64,000 nucleotides of DNA from an uncultured Chlamydiae bacterium (GCA_963754655.1 CAVWGN010000001.1:1920001-1984000), one strand, 5' to 3'. Positions 9,422 to 20,983 are shown, counted from the stretch's first letter. A program made the numbers and translations. The notes: generated from the sequence alone by a model not told the origin.

Positions 9422-10879
9422 CTATTGAAACATTTGTTCTGTTTCTTTGGGGCCCCAGCTCCCCGCTAGATAATTAGGAAAGTTTAAAGGAGGCTGGGAT
9501 TTCCAGACATCTAAAATAGGTTGAATAATTTTCCAAGCCAATTCAACTTGATCGATGCGCATAAATAGAGTGGCATCATGATTAATGACATCCCAAAGCA
9601 AAGTTTCATAAGCTTTTTCTGAAGGCTTTTTAAAAGCTTGTTCATAATTAAACTTCATATTGACTTGAGCCAGTTTAAGATCATAACCGGGATGTTTGGC
9701 ATAAAATTGCAGAGTAATTTCTTCTTCAGGTTGAATGGATAAAACCAAGCACGCCGGTTGGTTGCTTAAAAAGCAACTCTGAGGAAAAGCACTATGCGGA
9801 ATATCACGAAAATAAATCACAATTTCAGATTTATGCTCTGTTAAGCGTTTCCCCGTGCGTAAATAAAAGGGAATCCCCTGCCAACGCCAATTCTCTACTT
9901 TCAATTTTAAAGCGACAAATGTTTCTGTATTTGATTGTGGAGAAACTTTATCTTCTGAACGATAGGCCATCACCTTTTGCCCATTGATTATTCCTTCATC
10001 ATATTGCCCTCTTATGACGTCATGGGCGATTTGCTCAGGTGTCAACGGTGAAATAGATTTCAAAACATCAGCCTTTTTATTGCGAACCTCATCCTCATTG
10101 AAAGAGATAATGGGCTCCATGGCGATTAGGCAAAGCAACTGCATAAGATGGTTTTGAACCATATCTCGCAACGCTCCCGCCCCTTCATAATACCCACCGC
10201 GATGCTCAATTCCTACTGTCTCAGCAGCTGTAATTGTCACATGATCAATATATCTGCGATTCCAAATGGGTTCAAACATGGGATTAGCAAATCGAAAGGC
10301 AATAAGATTGCGAACGGTATTTTTACCGAGGTAATGATCAATACGGAAAATTTGAGACTCTTTAAAACAACACAATAAGATTTTATTCAATGCGCAAGCT
10401 GACTCGAGATCATATCCAAAAGGTTTTTCAATCACAATGCGATCAAGCTCTTCGTTTTTCGTTAATCCAGCTTGATGCAAATATTGAGGAATGACAGGAA
10501 ATAATAGGGGAGGTGTTGCCAAATAAAAAATGTTTACAGTCTCTGTATGCCACTGTTGCTCATATTGCTTAATCCGGCTACTTAAGAGTTGATAAGTATT
10601 AGAATCTTTAAAATCTCCTTTTAAATAAGAAATATAGGGGGCAAACTCTTGCCAGGTTGTCTCATCGCTTTTTAAAGCAGAAAATTGTTGAACGCCTTGT
10701 TTATAGGAGAGAGCCAAATCTTCAGATTGAATATCTACTCGATCAATCCCAATGATGGCAAAATCTTTTGGAAGACAACCATTTAAATACAAAGTGAAAA
10801 GTGCAGGAATGACTTTGCGTTTAGCTAAGTCCCCTGATGCGCCAAATAAGGTAAAAACAGTCGATTTTACATGACTCAT
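9422..10879 (-). CDS. zwf: Glucose-6-phosphate 1-dehydrogenase
   Basis: GASGDLA, EKPFG, RIDHYLGK motifs. Confidence 0.97.
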   Translation of the reverse strand: MSHVKSTVFTLFGASGDLAKRKVIPALFTLYLNGCLPKDFAIIGIDRVDIQSEDLALSYKQGVQQFSALKSDETTWQEFAPYISYLKGDFKDSNTYQLLSSRIKQYEQQWHTETVNIFYLATPPLLFPVIPQYLHQAGLTKNEELDRIVIEKPFGYDLESACALNKILLCCFKESQIFRIDHYLGKNTVRNLIAFRFANPMFEPIWNRRYIDHVTITAAETVGIEHRGGYYEGAGALRDMVQNHLMQLLCLIAMEPIISFNEDEVRNKKADVLKSISPLTPEQIAHDVIRGQYDEGIINGQKVMAYRSEDKVSPQSNTETFVALKLKVENWRWQGIPFYLRTGKRLTEHKSEIVIYFRDIPHSAFPQSCFLSNQPACLVLSIQPEEEITLQFYAKHPGYDLKLAQVNMKFNYEQAFKKPSEKAYETLLWDVINHDATLFMRIDQVELAWKIIQPILDVWKSQPPLNFPNYLAGSWGPKETEQMFQ

Positions 10880-12303
10880 GATAGGGGATGCCCATGATCA
10901 ATTTTCGGTTGCCATTCTGTATGAAAAACTCCAGCCTTATCTAGGCGTTCATATGTATGAGCGCCAAAATAGTCGCGTTGAGCTTGGATAAGATTGGTCG
11001 GCAGCCATGATCCGCGAAAGGCATCATAATAGTTCAATGATGCCATGAGTGCTGGAGTAGGAATTCCCATTTGAGTCGCTTTAACCACCACATCTCTCAT
11101 ATCGAGTTGAGAATTTGACAATTCCCGATCTAATGCAGGATCTTTGAGGAGAGTCTCTAAATCAGCATTTTGTTGATAAGCCTGCCTAATTTTTTCGAGC
11201 AAAGCCGAACGAATAATGCAGCCCCCTCTCCAAATTTGTGCAATCTTTTCTAAATCCAAATGGTACTGATAATTTTGAGAAGCAACGCTCAAAAGAGACA
11301 TGCCTTGTTCATAAGTTAAGATAAATCCCATATAAAGCGCATTTTCCAGCTGGACGAGGAATGTCTCTCGATTGCCACTAAAAGCCGGAGTAGGTCCTTT
11401 TAATTCTTGTCGTTGATTGAGTTTCCAGCGATGCTTAAATACAGATAAGTCGCGCATCGCCACCGCCATATCAATAGTCGGAACAGGGACTTGCAATTCC
11501 ATCGCATTTTGAGAGGTCCACATGCCTGTTCCCTTTTGCTTAGCAACATCTAAAATGACATCGATCAACCCCTTCCCCTCTTCATCTTTTTGCATAAAAA
11601 TCTGGGCTGTAATTTCGATTAAGAAGCTTTGCAATTTTCCCTCATTCCAACGCTTATAAATTTGATGAAGTTCATCATCATTGAAATTTAACCCGTTTTT
11701 TAAAAGCTCGTAAGTTTCGGCTATCATTTGCATCAAGCCATATTCAATGCCATTATGCACCATTTTGACATAATGGCCGGCTGAGCCTGGCCCTAAGTAA
11801 ACGACGCAAGGCTGCCCATTTACATGAGCAGCTGCAGCCTCCAAAATCGATCTGACTTTTTGATAAGCCTCTTGTGGGCCGCCAGGCATCATGCTCGGAC
11901 CCAAACGTGCTCCAACCTCTCCACCCGAAATTCCCATTGCAAGCAGCTGAAAACCTTTATCTCGCACCATTTTTTGCCGCTGGTTTGTATCAGTAAAATG
12001 AGAATTGCCGCCATCGATGATGATATCACCAGGACTCAATAAAGGAAGCAATTCTTGAATCACAGCATCCACAGCTGGACCAGCAGGCACTAAAATGATA
12101 GAAATTCGCGGTTTTTGCAAAGACGAGACGAACTCTTTTAAGGATGAGACTGCTTGAGCTTTCGGATGTCTTTGCTGATTGAGCTCGTTTTTTTTATTAG
12201 TATCTTGATCATATCCTATAACCGAATATCCCTTATCTGCAATGTTAAGGGCCAAGTTACGTCCCATAGTGCCAATTCCAATGATCCCTATCTGAGCTGT
12301 CAT
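10876..12303 (-). CDS. gnd: 6-phosphogluconate dehydrogenase (decarboxylating); likely start MTAQ at 12303
   Basis: GIGTMG, IDGGN, VKMVHNGIEY, QAQRDYFGAHTY. Confidence 0.97.
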   Translation of the reverse strand: MTAQIGIIGIGTMGRNLALNIADKGYSVIGYDQDTNKKNELNQQRHPKAQAVSSLKEFVSSLQKPRISIILVPAGPAVDAVIQELLPLLSPGDIIIDGGNSHFTDTNQRQKMVRDKGFQLLAMGISGGEVGARLGPSMMPGGPQEAYQKVRSILEAAAAHVNGQPCVVYLGPGSAGHYVKMVHNGIEYGLMQMIAETYELLKNGLNFNDDELHQIYKRWNEGKLQSFLIEITAQIFMQKDEEGKGLIDVILDVAKQKGTGMWTSQNAMELQVPVPTIDMAVAMRDLSVFKHRWKLNQRQELKGPTPAFSGNRETFLVQLENALYMGFILTYEQGMSLLSVASQNYQYHLDLEKIAQIWRGGCIIRSALLEKIRQAYQQNADLETLLKDPALDRELSNSQLDMRDVVVKATQMGIPTPALMASLNYYDAFRGSWLPTNLIQAQRDYFGAHTYERLDKAGVFHTEWQPKIDHGHPLS

Positions 12304-12304
12304 G

Positions 12305-14395
12305 TTACTTCTCCACATGCTTTTTTTGCTTTTGCAAGATTTCTATAGCTTTTTTGACGACATGATCGACGGTAAAGCCATATTCCTTCATGACAACATC
12401 ACCCGGTGCAGAGGCTCCAAAGCGATCGATTCCAATCATCCCTCCCTGTTCGCCCACATAGCGCTCCCATCCCATTTCAACTCCTGCTTCAACAGCTAAA
12501 CGCGCCTTAATATGAGGAAGAAGGACAGAATCTTTGTATTCTTGCGATTGAGCTTCAAATAACTCCCAAGAAGGCATTGAAACTAACCGAGCATAAACCT
12601 TTTGCTCTGCTAGCTTTTGTTGCGCAGTGACAATCAAATTGACTTCAGAACCCGTTGCAATGAGGATGAAATTGGGTTTTTGATCTGAAGGATCAGCTAG
12701 TACATAAGCGCCCTTCTTTAATCCATCTGCAGACGCATACTTAGTACGATCGAGAGTGGGGACATTTTGACGGGTTAAAATCAAAGCCACAGATTTCTTA
12801 TGGGTTTCAATAGCAGTTTGCCAAGCAACAGCTGTTTCATTGGCATCAGCAGGACGAATCACAATTAAATGAGGAATTGCTCTTAGACTTGCCACCTGCT
12901 CAATAGGTTGATGCGTAGGACCATCTTCCCCTAACCCAATGCTATCATGGGTAAAGACATAAATCACAAGAAGATCCATTAAAGAAGCAAGACGAATGGC
13001 AGGGCGCATATAATCAGAAAAAGTGAGGAAAGTGGCACAATAAGGGATAATACCTCCATAAGTTGCCATTCCATTCATCATTGATCCCATAGCATGTTCA
13101 CGAACGCCAAATTGAATATTTCGCCCCGCATAGTTCCATCCTCCTTCGATAGCTCCTTGGCGATCGCCAAAATCAGTCAGAGGACTTTCGAAAGTTCCTC
13201 CCTGATTGATCACTGTATGGGTGGAAGGATTGAGATCTGCAGATCCTCCTATTAAAGCGGGAAGATGAGGGGCAATCATATTCAATACTTTACCTGACGC
13301 CACCCGAGTTGCCATTCCCTTTGGATCGGCTGGGAAAGGTTTAATCTCTTTGTCCCAACCAGGAGGTAACTTTTGTTCCATGATTAATTTTAATTCTTTT
13401 GCCTCTTCTGGGAATGCCTTTTCATAGGCTAGCCAGCGTTTATTCCATTCTTCTTCCAGTTTCTTTCCCTTTTTAATAGATTCATTAAAATGCTTTTGAG
13501 CGGCTTCTGGGATATAAAAGGAGGGTTCTAAAGGCCATCCCAAATTCTCCTTTGTCAATTTGGTTTCCTCTTTTCCTAGTGGTGATCCATGAGCTTCGTA
13601 TGTATCTTGCTTGTTAGGCGAACCATAGCCAATATGCGTACGAATCAGAATTAAACTTGGCCGCCCTTTATCTTGCTTTGCAGCTAAAATGGCATCCTCA
13701 ATGGCTTTTAAATCATTTCCATCTTCTACCTTGATTGTTTGCCAACCATAAGATTGGAATCGAGCAGCTCGATCTTCTGTAAATGTCACCTGTGTGCTAG
13801 CTGATAGAGTCACTTCATTGTCATCATAAAGATAAATGAGTTTGCCTAATTTTAAGTGTCCGGCCAAAGAAGCTGCTTCAGATGCGACCCCTTCCATGAG
13901 ATCGCCATCACTGACAAGGCAATAAATATAGTGATCAATGATTTCATGCCCTGGCCGGTTATAACGCGCCGCTAAATAAGCCTCTGCGACTGCCATGCCA
14001 ACACTATTGGCGAATCCTTGTCCTAAAGGACCCGTCGTCACTTCTATTCCATTAGCAAGTCCCCTTTCTGGATGCCCCGGCGTGGTGCTCTCCCACTGAC
14101 GAAATTTTTTGATCTGATCTAGAGGAAAATCATAACCAGTGAGATGAAGCATACTGTATAAAAGAGCTGATCCATGGCCAGCAGATAAAATAAAGCGATC
14201 GCGATCATACCAACTTGGATTTTTGGGATTATAATTCATGAGTTTAGTCCATAGAATATAAGCCATCGGAGCGGCATCTAAGGGTAATCCTGGATGGCCA
14301 CTATTTGCTTTTTCAACGGCATCTACAGATAAAAAGCGAATAGTATTGACGCAGAGTTGGTCTAAATCTGAGTCAAGAGTTGCGGACTGTTGCAT
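12305..14395 (-). CDS. tkt: Transketolase
   Basis: [28 protein letters not shown]. Confidence 0.98.
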   Translation of the reverse strand: MQQSATLDSDLDQLCVNTIRFLSVDAVEKANSGHPGLPLDAAPMAYILWTKLMNYNPKNPSWYDRDRFILSAGHGSALLYSMLHLTGYDFPLDQIKKFRQWESTTPGHPERGLANGIEVTTGPLGQGFANSVGMAVAEAYLAARYNRPGHEIIDHYIYCLVSDGDLMEGVASEAASLAGHLKLGKLIYLYDDNEVTLSASTQVTFTEDRAARFQSYGWQTIKVEDGNDLKAIEDAILAAKQDKGRPSLILIRTHIGYGSPNKQDTYEAHGSPLGKEETKLTKENLGWPLEPSFYIPEAAQKHFNESIKKGKKLEEEWNKRWLAYEKAFPEEAKELKLIMEQKLPPGWDKEIKPFPADPKGMATRVASGKVLNMIAPHLPALIGGSADLNPSTHTVINQGGTFESPLTDFGDRQGAIEGGWNYAGRNIQFGVREHAMGSMMNGMATYGGIIPYCATFLTFSDYMRPAIRLASLMDLLVIYVFTHDSIGLGEDGPTHQPIEQVASLRAIPHLIVIRPADANETAVAWQTAIETHKKSVALILTRQNVPTLDRTKYASADGLKKGAYVLADPSDQKPNFILIATGSEVNLIVTAQQKLAEQKVYARLVSMPSWELFEAQSQEYKDSVLLPHIKARLAVEAGVEMGWERYVGEQGGMIGIDRFGASAPGDVVMKEYGFTVDHVVKKAIEILQKQKKHVEK

Positions 14396-14510
14396 GTTTT
14401 TCTCCTTAGAGTTTAAAGACTTAAACCTATTAGTTTCTTTGACAAATCAATAAAAACATCAAATTATTTCTATTCTTCTTTTATCTTACTCTCTAATTAA
14501 AATAAACATT

Positions 14511-15572
14511 CTAATGTGGCGTATTAAAAACAGATTGGAAAAATCTTGTTGCTTCCTCTGCAACTTGTAATTGAATCCATGTGCGATCGATCGAAGCATC
14601 ATCTTCTAGAAGGAAATCGAATTGAGCGGTTGGATCGACTAATTTGCGCTGACGCTCATTCAAAGCAGAAATAAAAATATAGTGATCTGCCTTGCCGGGA
14701 ATAGTTTGATAAAGGGCATGAGGAATATGACGAGCAAAAAATCCAGCATTATTTTTCGTGACAAGTACTCGATCCGCTTCAGCAGCAATTAAGTAAACGG
14801 GAATAGAAATTGTAGTAAGGCTAGTTTCATCAAACAACCATGACCATGCAGGAGCCATAACAAAGGCAGCTTTAATACGGGGGTCACGCCAATTTTTGCC
14901 CATCATATCTTTATTCAGAGTAGAGAGAACTTCATTTGCGCGCATAAATTCACGTAAAGCAGCATATTCGGGGCCCGGCATCAAATTATCAAGCTTGGTT
15001 GTACGCCCTCCTGCCACCCAAATTGACGTTGTTCCACCTAGAGAATAGCCTGCAATTCCAATCTGATTTTCATCGACAAAATCAGAGAGGGAATTTGAGA
15101 AAAATTGGTCGAGAATGATTTTAATATCTCTTGCTCTTTGCCAATGGTTGGCATGAATTTTCCCGTCAATTAAATCAGTATGACGAATCCCTATAACCAT
15201 AAAACCTTGATGAACAAACTCTCGAATCAACCAGGATAAGTGATGCGGATTGCCCATATAACCATGCGAAAGAACAATCAAAGGCCTCTTTGTTGGAGTT
15301 TTTGCGGGAGTTGCATTCATTGCGACATGAAAAGTATCCCATGGGTAGGCCGATGGAGCGCCTACTACCTGCGGATCAACAGGATACCAAACCAACAATT
15401 GGCGATTAATTTGCTGAAAATGATCGAAAAACGGGACCTCTTTAAAACCTAAAACAGGATAAGGAGTGACAGGGTAAGGCTCAAAGGCTATTAATGCTAA
15501 AGGAAAAAAAAGAAGAATCAATAGATAATTTGGAAAAATTTCTCTACGTTTTCTTTCTATGTTAAACAACAT
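14511..15572 (-). CDS. Exported alpha/beta hydrolase (PAF-acetylhydrolase/dienelactone hydrolase-like)
   Basis: LSHG, GYSLGG nucleophile elbow, hydrophobic N-terminus. Confidence 0.8.
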   Translation of the reverse strand: MLFNIERKRREIFPNYLLILLFFPLALIAFEPYPVTPYPVLGFKEVPFFDHFQQINRQLLVWYPVDPQVVGAPSAYPWDTFHVAMNATPAKTPTKRPLIVLSHGYMGNPHHLSWLIREFVHQGFMVIGIRHTDLIDGKIHANHWQRARDIKIILDQFFSNSLSDFVDENQIGIAGYSLGGTTSIWVAGGRTTKLDNLMPGPEYAALREFMRANEVLSTLNKDMMGKNWRDPRIKAAFVMAPAWSWLFDETSLTTISIPVYLIAAEADRVLVTKNNAGFFARHIPHALYQTIPGKADHYIFISALNERQRKLVDPTAQFDFLLEDDASIDRTWIQLQVAEEATRFFQSVFNTPH

Positions 15573-15581
15573 AACTACCTC

Positions 15582-15617
15582 ATCATTATCTAAATCATTA
15601 TCTAAATCATTATCTAA
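15582..15617. repeat. 3 exact tandem copies of ATCATTATCTAA
   Basis: Direct reading; abuts the RBS of the hydrolase gene. Confidence 0.9.
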
Positions 15618-15632
15618 AAATACTTTTTGCTC

Positions 15633-16028
15633 TTAGACTGGTGGCTTGGGCGCGTCACTTTTTCCATCTTTGATTCTTGCTTTTATATTTGCTGCAAAAG
15701 CTTCATAGCGGGTATGGAGAACCTGAAGTTCTTCATCTGATAATTTTTCGATCTTTAACAATTCATTATTAGCTCCTTCTATGGCTCGTATAATTTCATC
15801 TAATTTAAGATGAATAGCCATCGTATCTCGGTTTTGAGTGTTTTGAATCAAAAAAACCATTAAGAAAACAATCACTGTTGTTGTTGTATTAATGGCAAGC
15901 TGCCAAGCCTCACTAAAGTTAAAATAATGGCCAAGAAGAGCCCAAGCCACAACCAAAAAAAGAGCGCATAAGAATGCGCGCGCATCTCCTAATTTTTCTG
16001 ATATCCATTTAGCAAATTTAGAAAACAT
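15633..16028 (-). CDS. Low-affinity iron permease (Fet4-like) protein
   Basis: WQLAINTTTTVIVFLMVFLIQNTQNRD...LKLDE signature. Confidence 0.9.
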   Translation of the reverse strand: MFSKFAKWISEKLGDARAFLCALFLVVAWALLGHYFNFSEAWQLAINTTTTVIVFLMVFLIQNTQNRDTMAIHLKLDEIIRAIEGANNELLKIEKLSDEELQVLHTRYEAFAANIKARIKDGKSDAPKPPV

Positions 16029-16164
16029 AGATTTCTCTTAAAATGATTATAAATAAATAATTCTATTCACTATAAGCCGCACTGTAACAGTAAAAATTTT
16101 TTTAATCTATTGTTTAAAAGAAAGACTTACGCTATGTATCAATTTTGCCGGAATAAACCAGGAG

Positions 16165-16659
16165 ATGACAATGCTTCCCTTTATACTTTTTATATTAGCT
16201 GTCGTCTTTTCAGCTATTCATTTTTTCCTTAAAAATTATCAACCCAGTCTTTTGGAAATTTTTCTCTCCTATCTTATTTTTTTCAATATCGGGATCATGG
16301 GAATTTTAGGTTTTTATGCCCATATCTTTATGGCAGATCAAATTGCTAAATCAATTGGCTGGCCGGCAGGAAACCCTTTTCAGTTCGAAGTGGCAACCGC
16401 TAATTTGGCATTTGGAGTACTAGGTCTAACGGCGATGTGGTTGAGGGGTCTTTTTTGGGTGGCGACTATCCTAGGAACCTCTATTTTCCTCATAGGAGCT
16501 TTCATAGGACATATGATTCAATTTGCCCATGGCGATACTGCACCCTATAATAGTGGAATCTTTGTTTGGCTAGGAGACTTGATTCTTCCACTGCTTCTTC
16601 TTTCTTTACTCATCGTCTATTTGCGACAGCGTACACCTTATCCTTTCATTCAAGGTTGA
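16165..16659 (+). CDS. Integral membrane protein of unknown function
   Basis: Several TM segments, GWPAGNPFQFEVA motif. Confidence 0.8.
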   Translation: MTMLPFILFILAVVFSAIHFFLKNYQPSLLEIFLSYLIFFNIGIMGILGFYAHIFMADQIAKSIGWPAGNPFQFEVATANLAFGVLGLTAMWLRGLFWVATILGTSIFLIGAFIGHMIQFAHGDTAPYNSGIFVWLGDLILPLLLLSLLIVYLRQRTPYPFIQG

Positions 16660-16673
16660 TTGGAGCACAAGAA

Positions 16674-17690
16674 ATGGATGAAAATTCTTTGCTCGCTACA
16701 TTGACAAGACCAGAAGAAGCGGATAGGCTCCGGATTGTAGAAATTGTTAGACGTTGGGGAGGACTAACCACCGATGCCTTGCTTGATCCAGCCTGTCAAC
16801 TCTTTTGCATTCCTCAAGTTAAAGGAATCATTGGCTATCGTATTGAATTTGGCTGTGCAATCGCTTATGGAGACCCGGTATGCGAACCAAGCGATATGCC
16901 TCTCCTTGTTCAAGCTTTTCATGATTTTTGCCAAACGAAGTATAAAAATATTATTTATCTAGCCGCCTCGGAAAAGTTTGCCAAATGGGCGCTGCAAAAT
17001 GTTTGCAAGGCTTTTATTGAATATGGAGAAGAAATTTATTTAGATCCGCATTTTAATCCCAAAGATCGTCAAGGAACGCATGCGAGTTTGGTTCGCCGCA
17101 AAATACGCCATGCTCAACATGAAGAAGTCATCGTAAAAGAATATTTTCCCGTCGACGCTAAAATGGAACACTCTCTTGAGCAAGTAGGCGCTGCATGGCT
17201 TCAATCACGCCACGGTCTACAAATTCACATCTCTCATGTCCATCTTTTTAATGATCGAATGGGGAAACGCTGGTTTTATGCTCAGCAAAGAGAGCGCATT
17301 ATAGGCGTTGTCGTTCTCAATCAACTACAATCGCGCCAAGGTTGGCATCTTAATCACTTGATGTTTACTCCTAATGCGCCTCATGGCACACCAGAAATTC
17401 TCATTATCTCAGTGCTTGAAACCTTACAAAGCGAATGTTGTTCTTTTATTTCATTTGGAGTCGTACCAGCCAATCGATTAGGCGAAATTGTAGGATTATC
17501 GACCTCGACTTCTTGGATGACTCGCCAAATATATAAGCTTGCACATAAAATTTTTCATCTCGAAGGCCATAAAACGTTTTGGGGGAAATTTCATCCTCAA
17601 ACAAAGCCTTCTTACCTTTTATTTCATCAATCTTCTATTGGAATTCGAGAAGTGATCTCACTCATACGTTCTATGAATGTTTCTTTATAG
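16674..17690 (+). CDS. MprF C-terminal-like (DUF2156) aminoacyltransferase-domain protein; likely start MDENS
   Basis: GDPVC, YGEE, APHGTPE, F-x-G-K-F-x-P motifs. Confidence 0.75.
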   Translation: MDENSLLATLTRPEEADRLRIVEIVRRWGGLTTDALLDPACQLFCIPQVKGIIGYRIEFGCAIAYGDPVCEPSDMPLLVQAFHDFCQTKYKNIIYLAASEKFAKWALQNVCKAFIEYGEEIYLDPHFNPKDRQGTHASLVRRKIRHAQHEEVIVKEYFPVDAKMEHSLEQVGAAWLQSRHGLQIHISHVHLFNDRMGKRWFYAQQRERIIGVVVLNQLQSRQGWHLNHLMFTPNAPHGTPEILIISVLETLQSECCSFISFGVVPANRLGEIVGLSTSTSWMTRQIYKLAHKIFHLEGHKTFWGKFHPQTKPSYLLFHQSSIGIREVISLIRSMNVSL

Positions 17691-17762
17691 AAAAAAATGA
17701 CTGCCTCTTACTTATTGCTTCGATCATTTTTTGTTTAGAACAGTATTTTAAGATTGAAAGAC

Positions 17763-18623
17763 TTAATCTTCTTTCACTTTCTGCGCTAAAATGACACTGA
17801 AACTTCCCTCTTGTTTAATTCTGCCTTCTTTATCTACAACTGTATCCAGATATTGCTCGATCTTTTTCAATAAAGTAGGCCGTTGGGATTCTTTCACTAA
17901 ATTCCAACTACTTCGCGATTGCACACGATTAAGATATTCTTGTTTAGTGTAATAATGAACGTAAGGAAATGTGGCATCAACAATGATTTTAAATCCATGT
18001 TCTTCCAAAACATCTGGCACAGGGGATGCCTGCTTTTTCATTTTCTGGACACCAGATTCTTCCATGATACGTTCAATATTTTCTCTTAAAGGGTTGGGCT
18101 TATGACTTGTTTGATAGCGAGCTTTTCCTCCAATCACAAAATAATACCCGTGTGGTTTTAAAATACGTGCAACCTCATGAATAGAAGAAGAATTTGAAAA
18201 CCAATGAAAAGCCGATGCAGCTGTCACAACATCAAATTGTTCGTCTGAAAAAGGCAATCCCATCGCAATATCCGCTTGAATATACTTAATTGAACAAGCT
18301 TGATTATTCGCAGCTCGAGCTTCTTTAATCATTAAAACATCGCGATCTACACCAATGACATTTTTAAAGCCATTTTTATGAAGCTGCCTTGTTGAAATTC
18401 CTGTTCCACTTCCTAAATCAAGAATATAGGCACTAGGAGTGACATACGACTTTAAAATGGCATAAACGGCATCTGGTTTTTCTTTTCGCCCTAACACATA
18501 ATATTTACTGAGAGGTCCAAATTGCGAACAAGGTTGTTTACATAAAGGCTCATCTAGACTTTGTGCTCCCTCAACTGCATAACCAAAACATAAAGCCATT
18601 AAACAAGCGAATTGATGCATCAT
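17763..18623 (-). CDS. Class I SAM-dependent methyltransferase with signal-like N-terminus
   Basis: ILDLGSGTG, FDVVTAASAFHWF, RILKPHG. Confidence 0.9.
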   Translation of the reverse strand: MMHQFACLMALCFGYAVEGAQSLDEPLCKQPCSQFGPLSKYYVLGRKEKPDAVYAILKSYVTPSAYILDLGSGTGISTRQLHKNGFKNVIGVDRDVLMIKEARAANNQACSIKYIQADIAMGLPFSDEQFDVVTAASAFHWFSNSSSIHEVARILKPHGYYFVIGGKARYQTSHKPNPLRENIERIMEESGVQKMKKQASPVPDVLEEHGFKIIVDATFPYVHYYTKQEYLNRVQSRSSWNLVKESQRPTLLKKIEQYLDTVVDKEGRIKQEGSFSVILAQKVKED

Positions 18624-18971
18624 TATCCTCTCTCCCTTATTAATTTAGTATTCTCTTATCGCTTATCTAGGTTTTGGAATAGCAAGTAAAAATAAAATTT
18701 ATTGCTCATGCTATCACAAACTCCATTAATTTAGATAATCCAAGAAGCTGTTTTTTGCGCATCATCAAATGTTATCAAATTTTTTGCCGATTTGAGGATC
18801 ATGTCTGCTATCGATTTTTGACACTCACAAAAACTTATTTTAAGTCACCACTTTTTCGCAACATTATTTATTAATCGACGTAAATAATTGACTAAATTAG
18901 TAAAAATTAATAACCTAAATTAGTTTTATTTACCAATTTATTTTATCATAACACAAGAACATAGGAAATTT

Positions 18972-19367
18972 ATGAACATTCAATTTTTTTGCACGCGTAG
19001 TGTCGCTTTATTTAACGAAAAACTTGTGCCTCTCTTAACAGCTCAGCAAAAAAAAACTATCCTACTCGCTTCTATGATTTTTGCTGTGTTATTAATTGCG
19101 ATCTATGTCTTTAGAAATTGGACTGATAATAAAGTCGTCTATTTTAATGGGCATGGACACTTGATTGCACAAAACGGAGATGTCATGAACGGGGATTTCA
19201 AGGATGGGATGTTGGATGGGCTAGGTAAGGTCACTCGTCAGAATGGAGAAATATGGGAGGGAGAATTTAAATGTCACAAGTTGAATGGTCAAGGTAAGAA
19301 AACCTATTCAGATGGCAGAATAGAAGAAGGCCTATTTAAAGAAGGAGTTTTAGTCAAGGGAGGATAA
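18972..19367 (+). CDS. Membrane-anchored MORN-repeat protein
   Basis: TM helix followed by GxG..NG..xEGEF repeats. Confidence 0.85.
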   Translation: MNIQFFCTRSVALFNEKLVPLLTAQQKKTILLASMIFAVLLIAIYVFRNWTDNKVVYFNGHGHLIAQNGDVMNGDFKDGMLDGLGKVTRQNGEIWEGEFKCHKLNGQGKKTYSDGRIEEGLFKEGVLVKGG

Positions 19368-19556
19368 TATTTTTTGAATCATTACGATTGCTGATTCAAT
19401 TGAAAAAAAGGTTGATTCTGTTGATTCTGTTGGTGTGAAGAAGACGCTGAGCAATATCGAGCAAAGTGAGTCAATGATCTTAAAAAACATTCAACGATGA
19501 ATTGACAAAAAGAAAATAAATGATCATGGTAGAATTCAACTGCTGGAGGTCTCATC

Positions 19557-20453
19557 ATGGCAACAAGTGCAAGCTTTATGGGTCTTGGAAATATGGGGAG
19601 TGCCATGGCGCGTAACCTCGTTCGTAATGGGACACAATTATTTGTTTATAATCGTTCAAAAAATAAAGCTGAAGAACTTCTTCAAGAAGGAGCTCTACTC
19701 CTTCATTCTCCAAAAGAAGCCTTTATACATGCTCCTCTTGCTTTTTCAATGGTTGCTAATGATCAAGCCTTAAGAGAGATTACTGAAGGAAAAGAAGGTC
19801 TATTGGAAAACGCCAAGCCGGGCTGCATTCACGTTTCCATGAGCACAGTTTCTCCTAAACTCAGCCGCTATTTAGCAGAAAAGCACAGAGAAAAAGGAGT
19901 CGAATACGTAGCGGCACCTGTATTTGGCAGACCAGAAGCTGCTGCACAGCAAAGCTTAACCATCTGTATGGCAGGCAGCCAAAAAGGGAAGGCAAAAGTT
20001 GAACCTTTATTGCGCATATTAGGAAAAAAAATCTACGATTTTGGCGAAGATTCTAGCAAAGCGAATGCAGTCAAATTAACAGGCAATTTTTTTATTTTAT
20101 CCCTCATTGAATTAATGGCTGAAGCATTTGCTTTCGCCAAAAAAAGCGACATTCCAGTTGATATCTTACATGCCTGTTTTGCAGAAAGCTTGTTCCCTTC
20201 ACCCACTTTTCAAAACTATGGAAATATCATCCTCCATGAAAAATTCATTCCAGCTGGGTTTAAATTGTCTTTAGGATTAAAGGACATTAATCTTTTTCTA
20301 GACGAAGCGAATACGCGAAATGTGCCTTCTCCTATTGCAAATTTGCTTCACGAGAGACTCTTAACAGCTATAGCTAATCAGCGTGAAGACATGGATTGGT
20401 CGGCCATTGCCTTAACAGCTATGGAAGAGGCGGGCATCTCCTCAATCCATTAA
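19557..20453 (+). CDS. NAD(P)-dependent beta-hydroxyacid dehydrogenase family protein
   Basis: GLGNMG, APVFG, KLTGN, LGLKD. Confidence 0.92.
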   Translation: MATSASFMGLGNMGSAMARNLVRNGTQLFVYNRSKNKAEELLQEGALLLHSPKEAFIHAPLAFSMVANDQALREITEGKEGLLENAKPGCIHVSMSTVSPKLSRYLAEKHREKGVEYVAAPVFGRPEAAAQQSLTICMAGSQKGKAKVEPLLRILGKKIYDFGEDSSKANAVKLTGNFFILSLIELMAEAFAFAKKSDIPVDILHACFAESLFPSPTFQNYGNIILHEKFIPAGFKLSLGLKDINLFLDEANTRNVPSPIANLLHERLLTAIANQREDMDWSAIALTAMEEAGISSIH

Positions 20454-20538
20454 GCTCTTTTAAATAACTTCTTGAATAGCTGCTATCTGAATGAATCACT
20501 CTATCAATCAAATCATTTTTCAGTCAGCATCCGAAGCT

Positions 20539-20904
20539 TTATTTTCGGGTATTTCCTTGTTTGTGATGAATGAGGCTCGATAATTCATTACGATCATGAT
20601 GAGGAAGATGAGAATAAATATTATGAATCTTATGGACTAATTGGGCTTGCTCATCCGGCTTGCCTTGTATCATTTTCCAATCTATTTCAAGAAAATGAGG
20701 TTCAACTTTACCTTGAGCAAATTGAATAAGTGCTTGAAGTGCTTCTCTTAGTAAAGGCAAGACTTGCTTTGGATCGCTCTTATCTTTTTTTTGATCTGCC
20801 ACGCTTTGTTCAACGGCATGTAAACGCTTTCCCTCAACAATAAATGCTGTGTCTGGATTTTCTCCTACTTCAGCAGCATTGAATAAGTTTCCGTTATTTT
20901 CCAT
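20539..20904 (-). CDS. Hypothetical protein
   Basis: 121-aa ORF with GAGG RBS. Confidence 0.65.
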   Translation of the reverse strand: MENNGNLFNAAEVGENPDTAFIVEGKRLHAVEQSVADQKKDKSDPKQVLPLLREALQALIQFAQGKVEPHFLEIDWKMIQGKPDEQAQLVHKIHNIYSHLPHHDRNELSSLIHHKQGNTRK

Positions 20905-20983
20905 ACTTTCCTCACGGGTTAGATAAGTTAAACTGAAATTACCTTAAAAAATTTAGGCACGATTCAAAAAGAGTAAATTTGGG

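Noticed and set aside
9422..14395. tkt-gnd-zwf operon as a novelty
   Set aside because: Ordinary pentose phosphate pathway cluster
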